DNA of 38,757 bases from Nanobdellota archaeon (GCA_038044525.1 JBBSZV010000003.1:1-38757); one strand, 5' to 3'; positions 18,839-28,514 are shown, numbered from the stretch's first letter. Numbers and translations are program-made. The notes: generated by a model not told the origin, from the sequence alone.

Positions 18839-21800
18839 TTAAATCTTCAGGCTGGTGATCTTGCTGACGCCATCTTTCATGCTTACGCCGAACAAAGTAT
18901 CTGCTTCAGAGATTATCGCGTCATTGTGAGAGATGACAATATACTGCGCCCGGTCAGCATAACTTCTAATCAGCTTTGCCAACACGTCTGAGTTCTGTTT
19001 GTCCAAGGCCGCATCGATCTCGTCCAACACGTAGAATGAGGCCGGCTGGTATTCCTGAATGGCAAATATGAATGACAGCGCGGTCAAGGTTTTCTCTCCG
19101 CCGGACAGGGATTTGATGTCCATGAACCGGTTTCCGGTCAATTTTACCTTTACGGACAAACCGCCTTCAAAAGGACTGTTGAAATTTTCCAATTCCAAAT
19201 ACGCTTTTCCCTTGGTAAATAATGAACTGAAGATTTTCTGAAAATTATCGTCGGCTTTGCTGAAGGTTTTCATGAAATGCTCTTTCTTTTTGGATTCGAT
19301 CTCGTTCATCAGGGTAAGGACGTCGGTTTTCTCCTTGCCTAAACTGTCTTTCTTTTCTATCAACTTGTTGAATTCCAGTTCTACCTGCTCATATACTTCC
19401 AGGGCTTTCATGTTCACGGCCGACATCTGCCCCAGCATCACTTCAAACTTGGCGATTTCATGCTTTAATTCTTCCGCAGTCTTATTGGGGAATATTTTTG
19501 CGCCATTATACCGGCCGAATTCTTCCTGCAATCCGGCTAATTTCGCTTTCACTTCGGCATTTTTCAGAGAGACCAAATTAATTTCCCGCTCATGCTCCCG
19601 CATCTTATCGCGGAAGGATTCTATCTCATTCTCCGCTTTGCCGGCATCCGCGCTTAATTTTTCTCTGATGACAAACAATTCCTTATAGGTCGAATAAAAT
19701 TCCTTGCTTTCTTTCTCTTTGACTTCCAGCTCTCTCTCTTTAGTTTTAATGCTGCTGCTGAGCCGGTTAATTTCCGCCGTGAAACGCTGCTCTTCCTTAT
19801 CGTGCTGTTTAAGGATTTCCTTGATTTTTTCCTTCTCCGGCGCAATCACCTGTTCCGCCTGCAGCAGCATATTTTTGAGATCGCTTTCGGAACGCAGGAT
19901 GTCTTCCCGGCATTTCTGTCTTGAATCTTCAAACGCGCTCAGCTGCGCCAATAATCGTGGATCGCGAAGCTGGCTGACTTCGGAACGCAGCTCCTGTTTG
20001 CTGGTCTTTAAATCCGCCAGCTCTTTGTTGATAGAACTTACATTCTTTTGCACTGCTGCCAGAGAATCGTCCACTTTCTGCAGCCGCCCCCTCAATTCTT
20101 TATTTAAATCGGCAGAAGCGTCCAAATCCTGAGAGCTTAAATGCAGGGTCTTTTCCAATTTTATCATTTCTGCTTCCAGTTCAGCTTTTCCAGTCCGCAG
20201 CGCGGATATTTCCTGCAGGTTCGCTTCCCGTTTCTGTTCGACATTGACTAACACTCCCTGCCATTCACCCAGCTCTTTTTCAGATAGTTCTAATTCATCC
20301 AAAGTATCTTTTTCTTTAAATCCAGCCGAGATTCTCTTGGCAAAAAATCCGCCCCGCATAACTCCGCTTTCTTCGGCTAAACTTCCGTCCAAGGTGACCA
20401 TGCGCGCCGTTCCGACGCCAATTTTCCTTACTGCGTCAAGATCTTCTACGATGGCCGTTTTTCCAAACACATAAGCAAAAGCTTTCTTGAACTGCGGTTT
20501 GAAAGTTATTAAGTTAAATGCAAAATCATGCACGCCCGGTTTTTTAAGAACGGCCTGGTCCTCGGCAGTAAGATCATGATATTTTATTTTATTCAACGGA
20601 ATGAACGAAGCCGAACCCAGCTTGTTTTCTTTTAAGTAAGCGATGCAGTCTGCGGCCGTCTTGTCATCTTCCACCACTATATTGTTCATGCGCGCACCGG
20701 CAGATGCTTCTAAAGCCCGAGCATATTTCTTATCGGCCTGTCCCAGTTCAGCTATGGTGCCGTGCACGCCGCCCTTGAATTTTTTCCGGTTATCCAAAAT
20801 GCTGCGAAGAGCTAAATCCGTAGCCAAATTAGCCTGATAAGAAAGAGTTTTAGCGTTTAATTGAGCTTGTTTTGCCTGCAATTCCACCATTTTACGCCGG
20901 GCATTCCCTAATTGGGAAGCATAACCGCTGTCCAGTTCCAGGCATTTATTCAGTTTTAACGTAGCAGTTTTAAAATCATTTTTGTGCTTCTGCAGCAGCT
21001 CTATCTGCTGCTTGTCCTCTTTTTCCACTTCTTTTACTTTTTTGATGCGCTCTTCCAGACTCGAGAGCTGATATTCGATCTGATCTTTTTCACGCAGCAG
21101 CTCCTGCTGTTTCTGCCGCACCAGCTGGATTTCTTCCTGCTTTTTTTCTATCACTTGTTCTTTAAGTTCAATCTCTTTTTCCAGTTCCTGTGAAGATTCG
21201 ATCTTATTCTTTTTCTTGAACTGCAGGACGCTCCTTTCTAATTCCTGCAGCTCTTTCTGCTTTTTATTGATATTTTGCTGGAGTTCCTGCTGCTGCTTGC
21301 TGTGAGAAAAAGCCTTATCTTCCAGATCCCGTATCTCGACCGAGAACTGGTCTTTTCTCTGGCTGATTTTGTTGATCTCATCTTTTAATGCCGAAACCCG
21401 GGTTCTTTCTTCCGCCAAGGAAACTTTCAGATCTTCCAGCTGGCGGTGCACTTTTACCTGTTCTTTTTCACCCTTCTGCTCAATCTCCTGGTTGATCTTG
21501 ACTATCTTACCTTTATGTTCCTCAGCAGTTTTCCTAAGCGCTTCAGTTTTCTCTTCCCACGCTTTTATCTTCGCTTCGTGCTGCGCAATTTCCAGATCAT
21601 ATTTCTCTTTGACCGATTCCCTTTCTTTGATCTGCTGGTGCAGATAAGTAGCTTTATGGGAATCTATATGGTCTTTCAGCTCTTTAAATTTTAACGCCTG
21701 ATCGCGGTCCTTTTTTAACTCCTTCAGATAAGTTTTTCTTTCCGCCAGGATGATTTCCGCATTGTTGAGTTTCTCGTCCACTTTCTGCAGCTCTAACATG

Positions 21801-22333
21801 GCTTTATGCTTTTTATCTTCGTAGATAGAAACATCACTGATCTCTTCGATGATTTTCCTCCGGTCTACCGGATTCATGTCCACGAAGCTGGTGATGTCGC
21901 CCTGCAGAATTATATTGTACCCTTCCGGATTGATTTTTGCAGAAGATAATAAATCCAGAATTTCCGTCCTAGTTCTCTTGCTTCCGTTTACTTTATAAAC
22001 GCTGTTCCCATTCTTGGTGACAGCCCTGGTAACGACCACTTCTTCCGCATTTAAAGGGAAAATCCTGCTTTTATTATCGAACGCGATTTCCACATATGCA
22101 CCTGAAGCAGGCTTCTTATCTTTGCCGCCGTTGAAAATAAGGTTAGCTGCTTTTTCCGCCCGAAGCGATTTGGCCGAGAGCCGGCCCAGAACAAAACATA
22201 ACGCATCTCCTACGTTGGACTTTCCGGAGCCGTTCGGACCCAGGATGCAGTTGTATTTCCCATCGAACAGGATATCGGTCTTATGTGCGAAACTCTTGAA
22301 TCCGTAGATGGTGATGCGATTGATTACCGTCAT
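18839..22333 (-). CDS. smc: Chromosome segregation protein SMC
   Basis: Walker A GPNGSGKS, long coiled coils, hinge (GVHGTIAEL, FIPLNKI, GG), signature LSGGE, Walker B DEIDAALD. Confidence 0.96.
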   Translation of the reverse strand: MTVINRITIYGFKSFAHKTDILFDGKYNCILGPNGSGKSNVGDALCFVLGRLSAKSLRAEKAANLIFNGGKDKKPASGAYVEIAFDNKSRIFPLNAEEVVVTRAVTKNGNSVYKVNGSKRTRTEILDLLSSAKINPEGYNIILQGDITSFVDMNPVDRRKIIEEISDVSIYEDKKHKAMLELQKVDEKLNNAEIILAERKTYLKELKKDRDQALKFKELKDHIDSHKATYLHQQIKERESVKEKYDLEIAQHEAKIKAWEEKTEALRKTAEEHKGKIVKINQEIEQKGEKEQVKVHRQLEDLKVSLAEERTRVSALKDEINKISQRKDQFSVEIRDLEDKAFSHSKQQQELQQNINKKQKELQELERSVLQFKKKNKIESSQELEKEIELKEQVIEKKQEEIQLVRQKQQELLREKDQIEYQLSSLEERIKKVKEVEKEDKQQIELLQKHKNDFKTATLKLNKCLELDSGYASQLGNARRKMVELQAKQAQLNAKTLSYQANLATDLALRSILDNRKKFKGGVHGTIAELGQADKKYARALEASAGARMNNIVVEDDKTAADCIAYLKENKLGSASFIPLNKIKYHDLTAEDQAVLKKPGVHDFAFNLITFKPQFKKAFAYVFGKTAIVEDLDAVRKIGVGTARMVTLDGSLAEESGVMRGGFFAKRISAGFKEKDTLDELELSEKELGEWQGVLVNVEQKREANLQEISALRTGKAELEAEMIKLEKTLHLSSQDLDASADLNKELRGRLQKVDDSLAAVQKNVSSINKELADLKTSKQELRSEVSQLRDPRLLAQLSAFEDSRQKCREDILRSESDLKNMLLQAEQVIAPEKEKIKEILKQHDKEEQRFTAEINRLSSSIKTKERELEVKEKESKEFYSTYKELFVIREKLSADAGKAENEIESFRDKMREHEREINLVSLKNAEVKAKLAGLQEEFGRYNGAKIFPNKTAEELKHEIAKFEVMLGQMSAVNMKALEVYEQVELEFNKLIEKKDSLGKEKTDVLTLMNEIESKKKEHFMKTFSKADDNFQKIFSSLFTKGKAYLELENFNSPFEGGLSVKVKLTGNRFMDIKSLSGGEKTLTALSFIFAIQEYQPASFYVLDEIDAALDKQNSDVLAKLIRSYADRAQYIVISHNDAIISEADTLFGVSMKDGVSKITSLKI

Positions 22334-22520
22334 TGTAAAAGCCCCTTTTCTGTAGCCATGGTCAAACCTGCTATTATCGATCTAACAGCTGATCCGGCTG
22401 GACTGCCGTGTAAATAATCAGCGTTTCTATCAGTAGAATGTTTTATTTTCGGTTTATAAAGGTTACTGTTATGGAGTACATGATAGCGCCGGCTCAAGGC
22501 TTATCTGGATTCCCCAGGTT

Positions 22521-23540
22521 TCATTGCACATTCACCCGATAGCCGTTAGCCTGAGAAGCTTTCTTTGGAGATAATATCCTTAAGCCGGAAATCTCGTCAA
22601 GCTTTCTTTTTGAAGTTAAAAATAGGCATTTTGCATCTGTATAAAGGCTTATCTCTTCACCACCAACTTTAGCAAATCCAAATTCCATCCTGCCATTTGC
22701 CTGATAAGCTATCGCTTCACCCTCCATGAACCTAAGATCATCCGGGCTTAAGTCGTGGTCTGGAGTTAGAGCGTAGATAAAATCAGCAGGTTTAAGTTTA
22801 TGGATAGACCTTCTCTGGTCTTTAATGGAATCTTCTTCGAGGATATATTCCTGCTGGATCTCAATAGTTTTAGTATTTATTGATTGCACATAACCTAAAG
22901 AATAGCCGGTCTGCGGGCTTTCAAACAGGACGATGCTGCCTTTGGCAGGGTTATTTCTGTATTGGGCTGCCCGGAGTTCCAATTCTTGTTTTCTGGAATT
23001 GGCTTCGGCAAGGTCTGATCCTTTTTGCTGTTCAAATTGTTTTCCTTTTTTCGATTTGTTGGTGAGGTATTCGCTTAGAAAATCCCCGCCAACGCAGCCA
23101 GCCAAAGAGCCAATCGCAGGCAAAAAAACACCAAGAGCAACAGCACCAAGGGCATACCAGTTAGAAAGGGGGAATAATTCTCGTTGTAGTGAAAAAAGAC
23201 CATAGAAAAATAAAGCAGCCCCGCTCATTATACCCATCATTCCGCCCAAAATAGTAAAAGGTTCTGTCAACTTATTTTCATACTCTCTTCCTTCAATTTG
23301 TTTAATTTTTTCATCTAAACTATTAACTTCTAAACTATTTTCAGCTAATCCCTTAACACTTAACAATTCTTCAATATTATCATAATCTCTGGCAGGCAGG
23401 GTTTCTGGATCAATCCTTAAGACGGGATAAGCTGAATAGTTGTCAAATACTTCCTGCCGGGCCATTTCTTCCGCTTCCCGTTCTGCGAGGGCCGCTTCTT
23501 CGTATCCTCTTTCAGCAAGCTGTTCTAATTTCGGTTTCAT
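22521..23540 (-). CDS. Hypothetical 2-TM membrane protein with C-terminal beta-rich repeats
   Basis: Two hydrophobic helices around aa 95-150; two G-x-(I/A)-x...G-(Y/F) beta-strand units. Confidence 0.75.
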   Translation of the reverse strand: MKPKLEQLAERGYEEAALAEREAEEMARQEVFDNYSAYPVLRIDPETLPARDYDNIEELLSVKGLAENSLEVNSLDEKIKQIEGREYENKLTEPFTILGGMMGIMSGAALFFYGLFSLQRELFPLSNWYALGAVALGVFLPAIGSLAGCVGGDFLSEYLTNKSKKGKQFEQQKGSDLAEANSRKQELELRAAQYRNNPAKGSIVLFESPQTGYSLGYVQSINTKTIEIQQEYILEEDSIKDQRRSIHKLKPADFIYALTPDHDLSPDDLRFMEGEAIAYQANGRMEFGFAKVGGEEISLYTDAKCLFLTSKRKLDEISGLRILSPKKASQANGYRVNVQ

Positions 23541-24268
23541 CTCTCCAAATACCTCAGGATATCCTTAGGAGAAGCTCTTACCAATCTGCTTTTACAATCT
23601 CTTTCTTCAGGGATGTAAGTAAATCTTTTGTTATATCCGATTACTTCTGGTTTCCCGCGGAAATTGAAGGTGAGTAAGTCCAAAGAGTTATTTCTCATTA
23701 CTGCGCGATCATTATTATTTATTGAATAATTTCCACCACCATCTGCCCCCGGATGAAAATGTTGAGCCCCGTTATAACCGTCATAACGTGCTTTCGCTGC
23801 CCTAATACACAGAGAATCTTTTTTTCTAATATGGATATAATCTTTCTTCTCTGCCTCATAACTATTAAGGATTTCATCTATTACCGCGGCCGTTCCCTCA
23901 GTATGAGATCTTAAAACTGTTCCCCATTCCAATTTCTCTTTCAAGACTGTCCTTCCCAATAATTCTGCCAGGCCGTCTTCATCAGCGATAATTATTCTAT
24001 CAACATTTTCTAAAGGAAAATCTGCAGGGTCTTTATTTTCTAGATCAGATAAATGTCTTTTATATTCTTTTTTACCAGATAGATAAATCAAACCAAAATA
24101 AGCACCATAACCTGCGGCAGCATAATTGATTGCCCCGTACGGATTAAGCTCTGAAAATTTTATTGCCATTTCCACAATATTAAAGCTGGTAACAGCAAAA
24201 AGAATATTATGTACCTGATAATGAAAAAATCTTCCAAATTGATAACTAAGCTGATCCCTATTCATCAT
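23537..24268 (-). CDS. Membrane-anchored JAB/MPN-like metalloenzyme domain protein
   Basis: N-terminal hydrophobic segments; LEWGTVL (catalytic Glu position) and HFHP...D (JAMM-like). Confidence 0.6.
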   Translation of the reverse strand: MMNRDQLSYQFGRFFHYQVHNILFAVTSFNIVEMAIKFSELNPYGAINYAAAGYGAYFGLIYLSGKKEYKRHLSDLENKDPADFPLENVDRIIIADEDGLAELLGRTVLKEKLEWGTVLRSHTEGTAAVIDEILNSYEAEKKDYIHIRKKDSLCIRAAKARYDGYNGAQHFHPGADGGGNYSINNNDRAVMRNNSLDLLTFNFRGKPEVIGYNKRFTYIPEERDCKSRLVRASPKDILRYLER

Positions 24269-24885
24269 TCCTTACCTCCCGTCATCTTTCGGCAAGCCTT
24301 ATGCGCCAGATGCAGCGGCTCCGGCAGTTTGTGCGGATGCACGATAGTCTTGGGAATTAGATCCTGCACCGTCTCGAAAGAGACACGATGCCCCGGAGAG
24401 ACGTAGACTGGATTGGAATGCTCTCTGGTCTTGACCTCAAAGCCCAGGACTTCTCCGTCGGCCAGCACTTTTCCGTCCTGAAGATTTCCGAAAGTGATCT
24501 TATCCTGCACGCCGATGGTCGGCGTGTTCAACGCCAATCCCAGATGAGATGCTATGCCCATATTATGCGGATGCAATACCCCGGGACCTTTCACCAGCAA
24601 TATATCCGGCTCTTCATCCAGCTGATTGAATGCTTCGATGATCGCCGGCATCTCCCGGTAAGCTGAGAATCCCGGCCGGTAAGGCAGCGGATTGTCTAAC
24701 AGATATGTTTTCTGCTCCTTGACTTTGAAAGAGGGAAATTCGCAGACCACTACGCAGGCCAATAATTTATTCCCCAGCGGCTGGCATACTGCGCCGCCCA
24801 TAGTTTTTATTTCCTTGAAACTATCGCTAAGCATGATCCTCGGCGCAAGTTTCAGCTGTTCCCTCCGAAGCTCGAATGTGTCCAT
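24265..24885 (-). CDS. nfi: Endonuclease V homologue, catalytic Asp residues substituted
   Basis: PYRPG..AYRE, HP..GIASHLG, PTIGV, VYVSPGH, KLPEPL.LAH. Confidence 0.88.
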   Translation of the reverse strand: MDTFELRREQLKLAPRIMLSDSFKEIKTMGGAVCQPLGNKLLACVVVCEFPSFKVKEQKTYLLDNPLPYRPGFSAYREMPAIIEAFNQLDEEPDILLVKGPGVLHPHNMGIASHLGLALNTPTIGVQDKITFGNLQDGKVLADGEVLGFEVKTREHSNPVYVSPGHRVSFETVQDLIPKTIVHPHKLPEPLHLAHKACRKMTGGKE

Positions 24886-24897
24886 TTTGCATTTACC

Positions 24898-25824
24898 TTA
24901 TTTTCGCGCTTCCTGCTCGCTAACGCTCGCACCACGCACCCGACGAGCACGGCCGATGCCGCTGATAGGGCTGCTGCTGCAATTGAGGTAGAACCTACCT
25001 GTACCGCTATTGAGCCAGACCGCCCTTTCTGGCATTTTTGCACGAGTGTAATATTTCTCGCTTTTAGTGGGAGCAGTCCAGCTAAAAATATCGCTTCTGC
25101 TCTTACTGCCGATAAATTCTAATGTTTGAATTATTATTTCAGCATCATCTTCGGTATCTAAAATCGTTTGAAGATAAGTCAAACCGGAACCGCTGTCGGC
25201 AACTTCTTCAATTAGAGTTCCTTCATAAACCGGAACTTCGATAACTCTTTCTTTAGTCAATTCAGGTTTTTTACATTTATAGTGCTGCACAACTCTGGCA
25301 TCCAAACTGTTTGCAGAGTAAAATAATCTGGTGTTGGCGATCAGCCCGCCCTCATTACTTTCCCAGATAAAATCTTCCCGCAGGCCGTTTAAGTATGATT
25401 GAGCTTTAGCCTGCCCTTCAGCAGTTCCCGATTCGCGCATTTTCTTTATGATCTTAAAATTAGCATACAAGTCGCCCATGGAAGCCATGACTCTGCCGTC
25501 TTTGATTTTATTCCAGTATTTAATCCATTCATCCGCAGTCTTTTTCTTTCCATTTTCCGCCGATTTCTCGTCAAGAGTTAATTCGTGCTCTGAGGTTGAT
25601 TCCGAACGGCAAACCCGTTCCAGAATATCAATCAGGCTTTCTCCGCTGCTTCTAAATATTCCAAATAAACTTCTTTGCTTTATACGCGGCTGAAGAGCGT
25701 TGGTCATCTCTTCTCCCTTTCCGCAGTCTATAGCGTAAGCTAACGCGGTCTGTTCGTCAGAAATATTTAATTGTTCCCGGTTAATCTTAATGATTTTCTC
25801 AGCTTCTTCACGACGGTAGGTCAT
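24898..25824 (-). CDS. Hypothetical protein, probable C-type-lectin-fold DGR target
   Basis: C-terminal ERAVWL..GRFYLNC...GRARRVR encoded largely by NNC/NNT codons, followed by a GC-rich tract and a hairpin. Confidence 0.7.
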   Translation of the reverse strand: MTYRREEAEKIIKINREQLNISDEQTALAYAIDCGKGEEMTNALQPRIKQRSLFGIFRSSGESLIDILERVCRSESTSEHELTLDEKSAENGKKKTADEWIKYWNKIKDGRVMASMGDLYANFKIIKKMRESGTAEGQAKAQSYLNGLREDFIWESNEGGLIANTRLFYSANSLDARVVQHYKCKKPELTKERVIEVPVYEGTLIEEVADSGSGLTYLQTILDTEDDAEIIIQTLEFIGSKSRSDIFSWTAPTKSEKYYTRAKMPERAVWLNSGTGRFYLNCSSSPISGIGRARRVRGASVSEQEARK

Positions 25825-26756
25825 TTTTCATCCCCGCTTTTTTCTCCGTCTTTTGAGAAAAATATTTTCGGCCCGAAAACAACATCATTTTTTATGTCAA
25901 ACCCATAAAGTAGTTTTTCAGAATCGTCGGTGATCCTTACAATCTGATAGTAATCATAAGAACGCCCTGCAAAATTTGCGGCTTCTTCCATACTTTGGAA
26001 ATTTGCTTCAGTCTGTTCGGATTCGTTAATGCTTATTATACCGTATTTTCCATCCTCCCGGTACGCATAAACCATGTGCGATATAACTGCCGGATCTTTA
26101 GAATCTAAATAAATGCCCGCGCCGTTATTAAGCAGGTAATGTGAAAATGCCAGCACGTCATCACAATCGCCTTTCTTAGTGCGATAAAAATGGACTGCGG
26201 TAGTAAACACATCGCAACTGCCCTCTCCGTTTTGGCTCCCCGCGCATAAATTACCGCTAAATTGCTTTTCATCAGATAAATATTTAGTCTTATTAACTAT
26301 GAAGTTCTGTACAGATTTGCGTTTTCCGAACAATGAATCCAGTCTTGAACCTTCTCTGGAATTAAGCGGAGGATAAACCTTATTCGGCCCGGGATGGTAA
26401 GTTACATTTACAGAACCGGGATTTAATCTTATTTCGGCTGCAGTTCTGATTGCAGATTCTGAAATTTTTGCTGGAACTTCTTGCTTGAAGAGTTCCAATT
26501 TTCTTCCTAAATATGCGCCCCAGCCAGAACCGGCTAAAACAGCTAAACTGCAAAATATTAAAAAAGAGGGGATAGGGATACGATCTTTATGACTGCCGGC
26601 GTCTTCTTCCGGTTTTGATAATTTACTTACTTCTATCAGCTTGGTGCGGTTTTCAACCAAATATCTTCCGTCAGCAGTTCTGTAAACAGTGCATTCTTCT
26701 TTTACCAGACGTTCTAATTCACCGTCTTTTTGGACGCCATCTTTTTGAGAAACCAT
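25821..26756 (-). CDS. Membrane-anchored transglutaminase-like cysteine protease domain protein
   Basis: Single TM helix; KGDCDD nucleophile motif and downstream SHMVYAY His. Confidence 0.7.
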   Translation of the reverse strand: MVSQKDGVQKDGELERLVKEECTVYRTADGRYLVENRTKLIEVSKLSKPEEDAGSHKDRIPIPSFLIFCSLAVLAGSGWGAYLGRKLELFKQEVPAKISESAIRTAAEIRLNPGSVNVTYHPGPNKVYPPLNSREGSRLDSLFGKRKSVQNFIVNKTKYLSDEKQFSGNLCAGSQNGEGSCDVFTTAVHFYRTKKGDCDDVLAFSHYLLNNGAGIYLDSKDPAVISHMVYAYREDGKYGIISINESEQTEANFQSMEEAANFAGRSYDYYQIVRITDDSEKLLYGFDIKNDVVFGPKIFFSKDGEKSGDEK

Positions 26757-26780
26757 TTTTATAAATTGTCCATATTTATT

Positions 26781-27332
26781 TCAATCTCTCCTTATTCCTC
26801 TTACCCGGTAATGAACTGAATAACTGGGCAGTATTTCGTCGCTTATCCTGATTTCAGCAAGCTTTTCGTGCGTATCAATAACAATTTCTCCCCGTTCCAG
26901 CGTATAATTTTCTGGAAGTATTTCTGTATAATCATCAATGAGGTTAAGACCCCTTTTACCGCAGTATCTTCGCTTAATTTTTTTTCGGTTAAACCCCAGC
27001 TCTGCGAGAACATCGTCAATCTGCGAATCTATGCGCATAGCTTCATCATAAACCCTGCCTCTTTCCCACTGGCACAGACAGCGCATCCCCGATAGCAGCA
27101 CGTTATAATCTGCCGGATTGCCGTCGATTTTTCCGTCAATTTCAGGGAACAGCAAATCGCGCGCATTTACTCCTTCGAAAGGCATCTTGGCCAGCAGGTA
27201 TCCGATATTGTTGTAAGGATGATATAATCCAAGACCTAAAGAAGCAGAAAGAATTATGGTTGAACCTATTAATGGCTCTTCAATCTTGGTCAACGGCCAG
27301 CCAATATCCACTCTAATGATATTCCAGTTCAT
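26781..27332 (-). CDS. Hypothetical protein, distant CheD-like fold possible
   Basis: IRVDIG...LSASLGLGLYHP..NIGYL resembles the CheD VxIG...LGSCVGVxLYDP...GGLxH pattern. Confidence 0.55.
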   Translation of the reverse strand: MNWNIIRVDIGWPLTKIEEPLIGSTIILSASLGLGLYHPYNNIGYLLAKMPFEGVNARDLLFPEIDGKIDGNPADYNVLLSGMRCLCQWERGRVYDEAMRIDSQIDDVLAELGFNRKKIKRRYCGKRGLNLIDDYTEILPENYTLERGEIVIDTHEKLAEIRISDEILPSYSVHYRVRGIRRD

Positions 27333-27380
27333 TTCAGTTCACCAATTTTGAATATTGTTTAAAACAAAAAAATAAAAAAT

Positions 27381-27659
27381 TTAGTATCTGATATTAACGA
27401 TACGCAGAGGCTGGTAAGCAGCGTACCATCCTTGGTCAAGTTCTTGACCTACTGCCTTATCTGAAGCTGCATCAACAGTTTCTACAGGTTTGCACCTATA
27501 CTTATCAAACCAAGCGCTAAACCCTATGCTTCGAAGCAATTCCGCTTCTAATTGGGCTTCTTGGCTCGGTTTAAAGCTGATAGCAATCTTATTGTAACTT
27601 TCAGCGGTCTGTTCTAAATCTAATGGTAATTGTTTTGGTGTCATTTTATGTAACCTCAT
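27381..27659 (-). CDS. Hypothetical protein
   Basis: 92-aa ORF with upstream TATA (TTTATAAA); the real start may be the second Met after GAGG. Confidence 0.6.
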   Translation of the reverse strand: MRLHKMTPKQLPLDLEQTAESYNKIAISFKPSQEAQLEAELLRSIGFSAWFDKYRCKPVETVDAASDKAVGQELDQGWYAAYQPLRIVNIRY

Positions 27660-27768
27660 TGGTACTTTTTTTAGCTTAAAATAGCCCAGTAGTTTATAAA
27701 TCTTCCTTAAAATTTACTACTGCATAGGAAAGAATAAGGTTTAAAATCGCAGCCATCTACCCAAAAGT

Positions 27769-28131
27769 ATGATTTCAGAAAACTGGCGGTGGGGGCGTTC
27801 TGCCTCTGTTGATTTGCACGGCTGCGACCCCCTGCTGGTCAAGGATCCGGCAGCCATCGAGCGCTTCGTGCGCGCTTTGATAAAGGAATTGAAGATGAAA
27901 CGCGTCGGCCCGGCGATAATCAAGCGTTTCGGTCACAAAAAACTGCGCGGCTATTCCCTGATGCAGTTCATCGAGACCAGCACCATCACGGCTCACTTCG
28001 ATGAGCAGGGAAGTAGGGCGTTTATAGACATTTTCAGCTGCAAGACTTACGACACTAAGAAAGTAGCGCAGTTCTGCAAGAAATTCTTCAAGGCTAAGGA
28101 TTACGTGCTGTATGTGGAAGAGAGGAGATAG
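27769..28131 (+). CDS. speD: Pyruvoyl-dependent decarboxylase proenzyme, SpeD/AdoMetDC family (paralogue 1, IET-S type)
   Basis: DLHGCD, GYSLMQFIET|STITAH, FIDIFSCK. Confidence 0.85.
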   Translation: MISENWRWGRSASVDLHGCDPLLVKDPAAIERFVRALIKELKMKRVGPAIIKRFGHKKLRGYSLMQFIETSTITAHFDEQGSRAFIDIFSCKTYDTKKVAQFCKKFFKAKDYVLYVEERR

Positions 28132-28133
28132 CT

Positions 28134-28514
28134 ATGAAAAAGAAAAAAATATTTGGATACGAATTATTGGTTGATTGTTACTACTGTAAAGAAGGAACTT
28201 GCAGTGACTTGGAACATTGCTACAGCTTTTTAGATAAACTGGTAGATTTCATCGATATGGAAAAGCAGGCCCCCCCGCAGATTTTTAGAACCGACAGAAA
28301 AAAATATCCCGATAAAGCAGGTTTAAGCGGCTGGGTGCCGCTGGTAGAATCTTCCATTGTTATCCATACCTTAACAAAAACTGATTTTATCTCTGTCGAT
28401 GTTTACAGTTGCGGCAAGTTCAACCCGAAAAGAGTGGTGCAATTCATCAAAAAATACTTTAACCCAAAAAGAATTGAAACACAGTTAGTGAAACGAGGGA
28501 AGCACTATTATTAA
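28134..28514 (+). CDS. speD: Pyruvoyl-dependent decarboxylase proenzyme, SpeD/AdoMetDC family (paralogue 2, E-S type)
   Basis: G.ELLVDCY.C, GLSGWVPLVE|SSIVIHT, VDVYSCG. Confidence 0.85.
   Translation: MKKKKIFGYELLVDCYYCKEGTCSDLEHCYSFLDKLVDFIDMEKQAPPQIFRTDRKKYPDKAGLSGWVPLVESSIVIHTLTKTDFISVDVYSCGKFNPKRVVQFIKKYFNPKRIETQLVKRGKHYY

Noticed and set aside
22330-22359. 9-codon uORF (MATEKGLLQ) overlapping the smc start
   Set aside because: Too short to support; easily arises by chance
22334-27768. DGR template repeat or reverse transcriptase near the putative variable region
   Set aside because: No AAC-rich duplicate of 24930-25035 and no RT motif were seen here or elsewhere in the window
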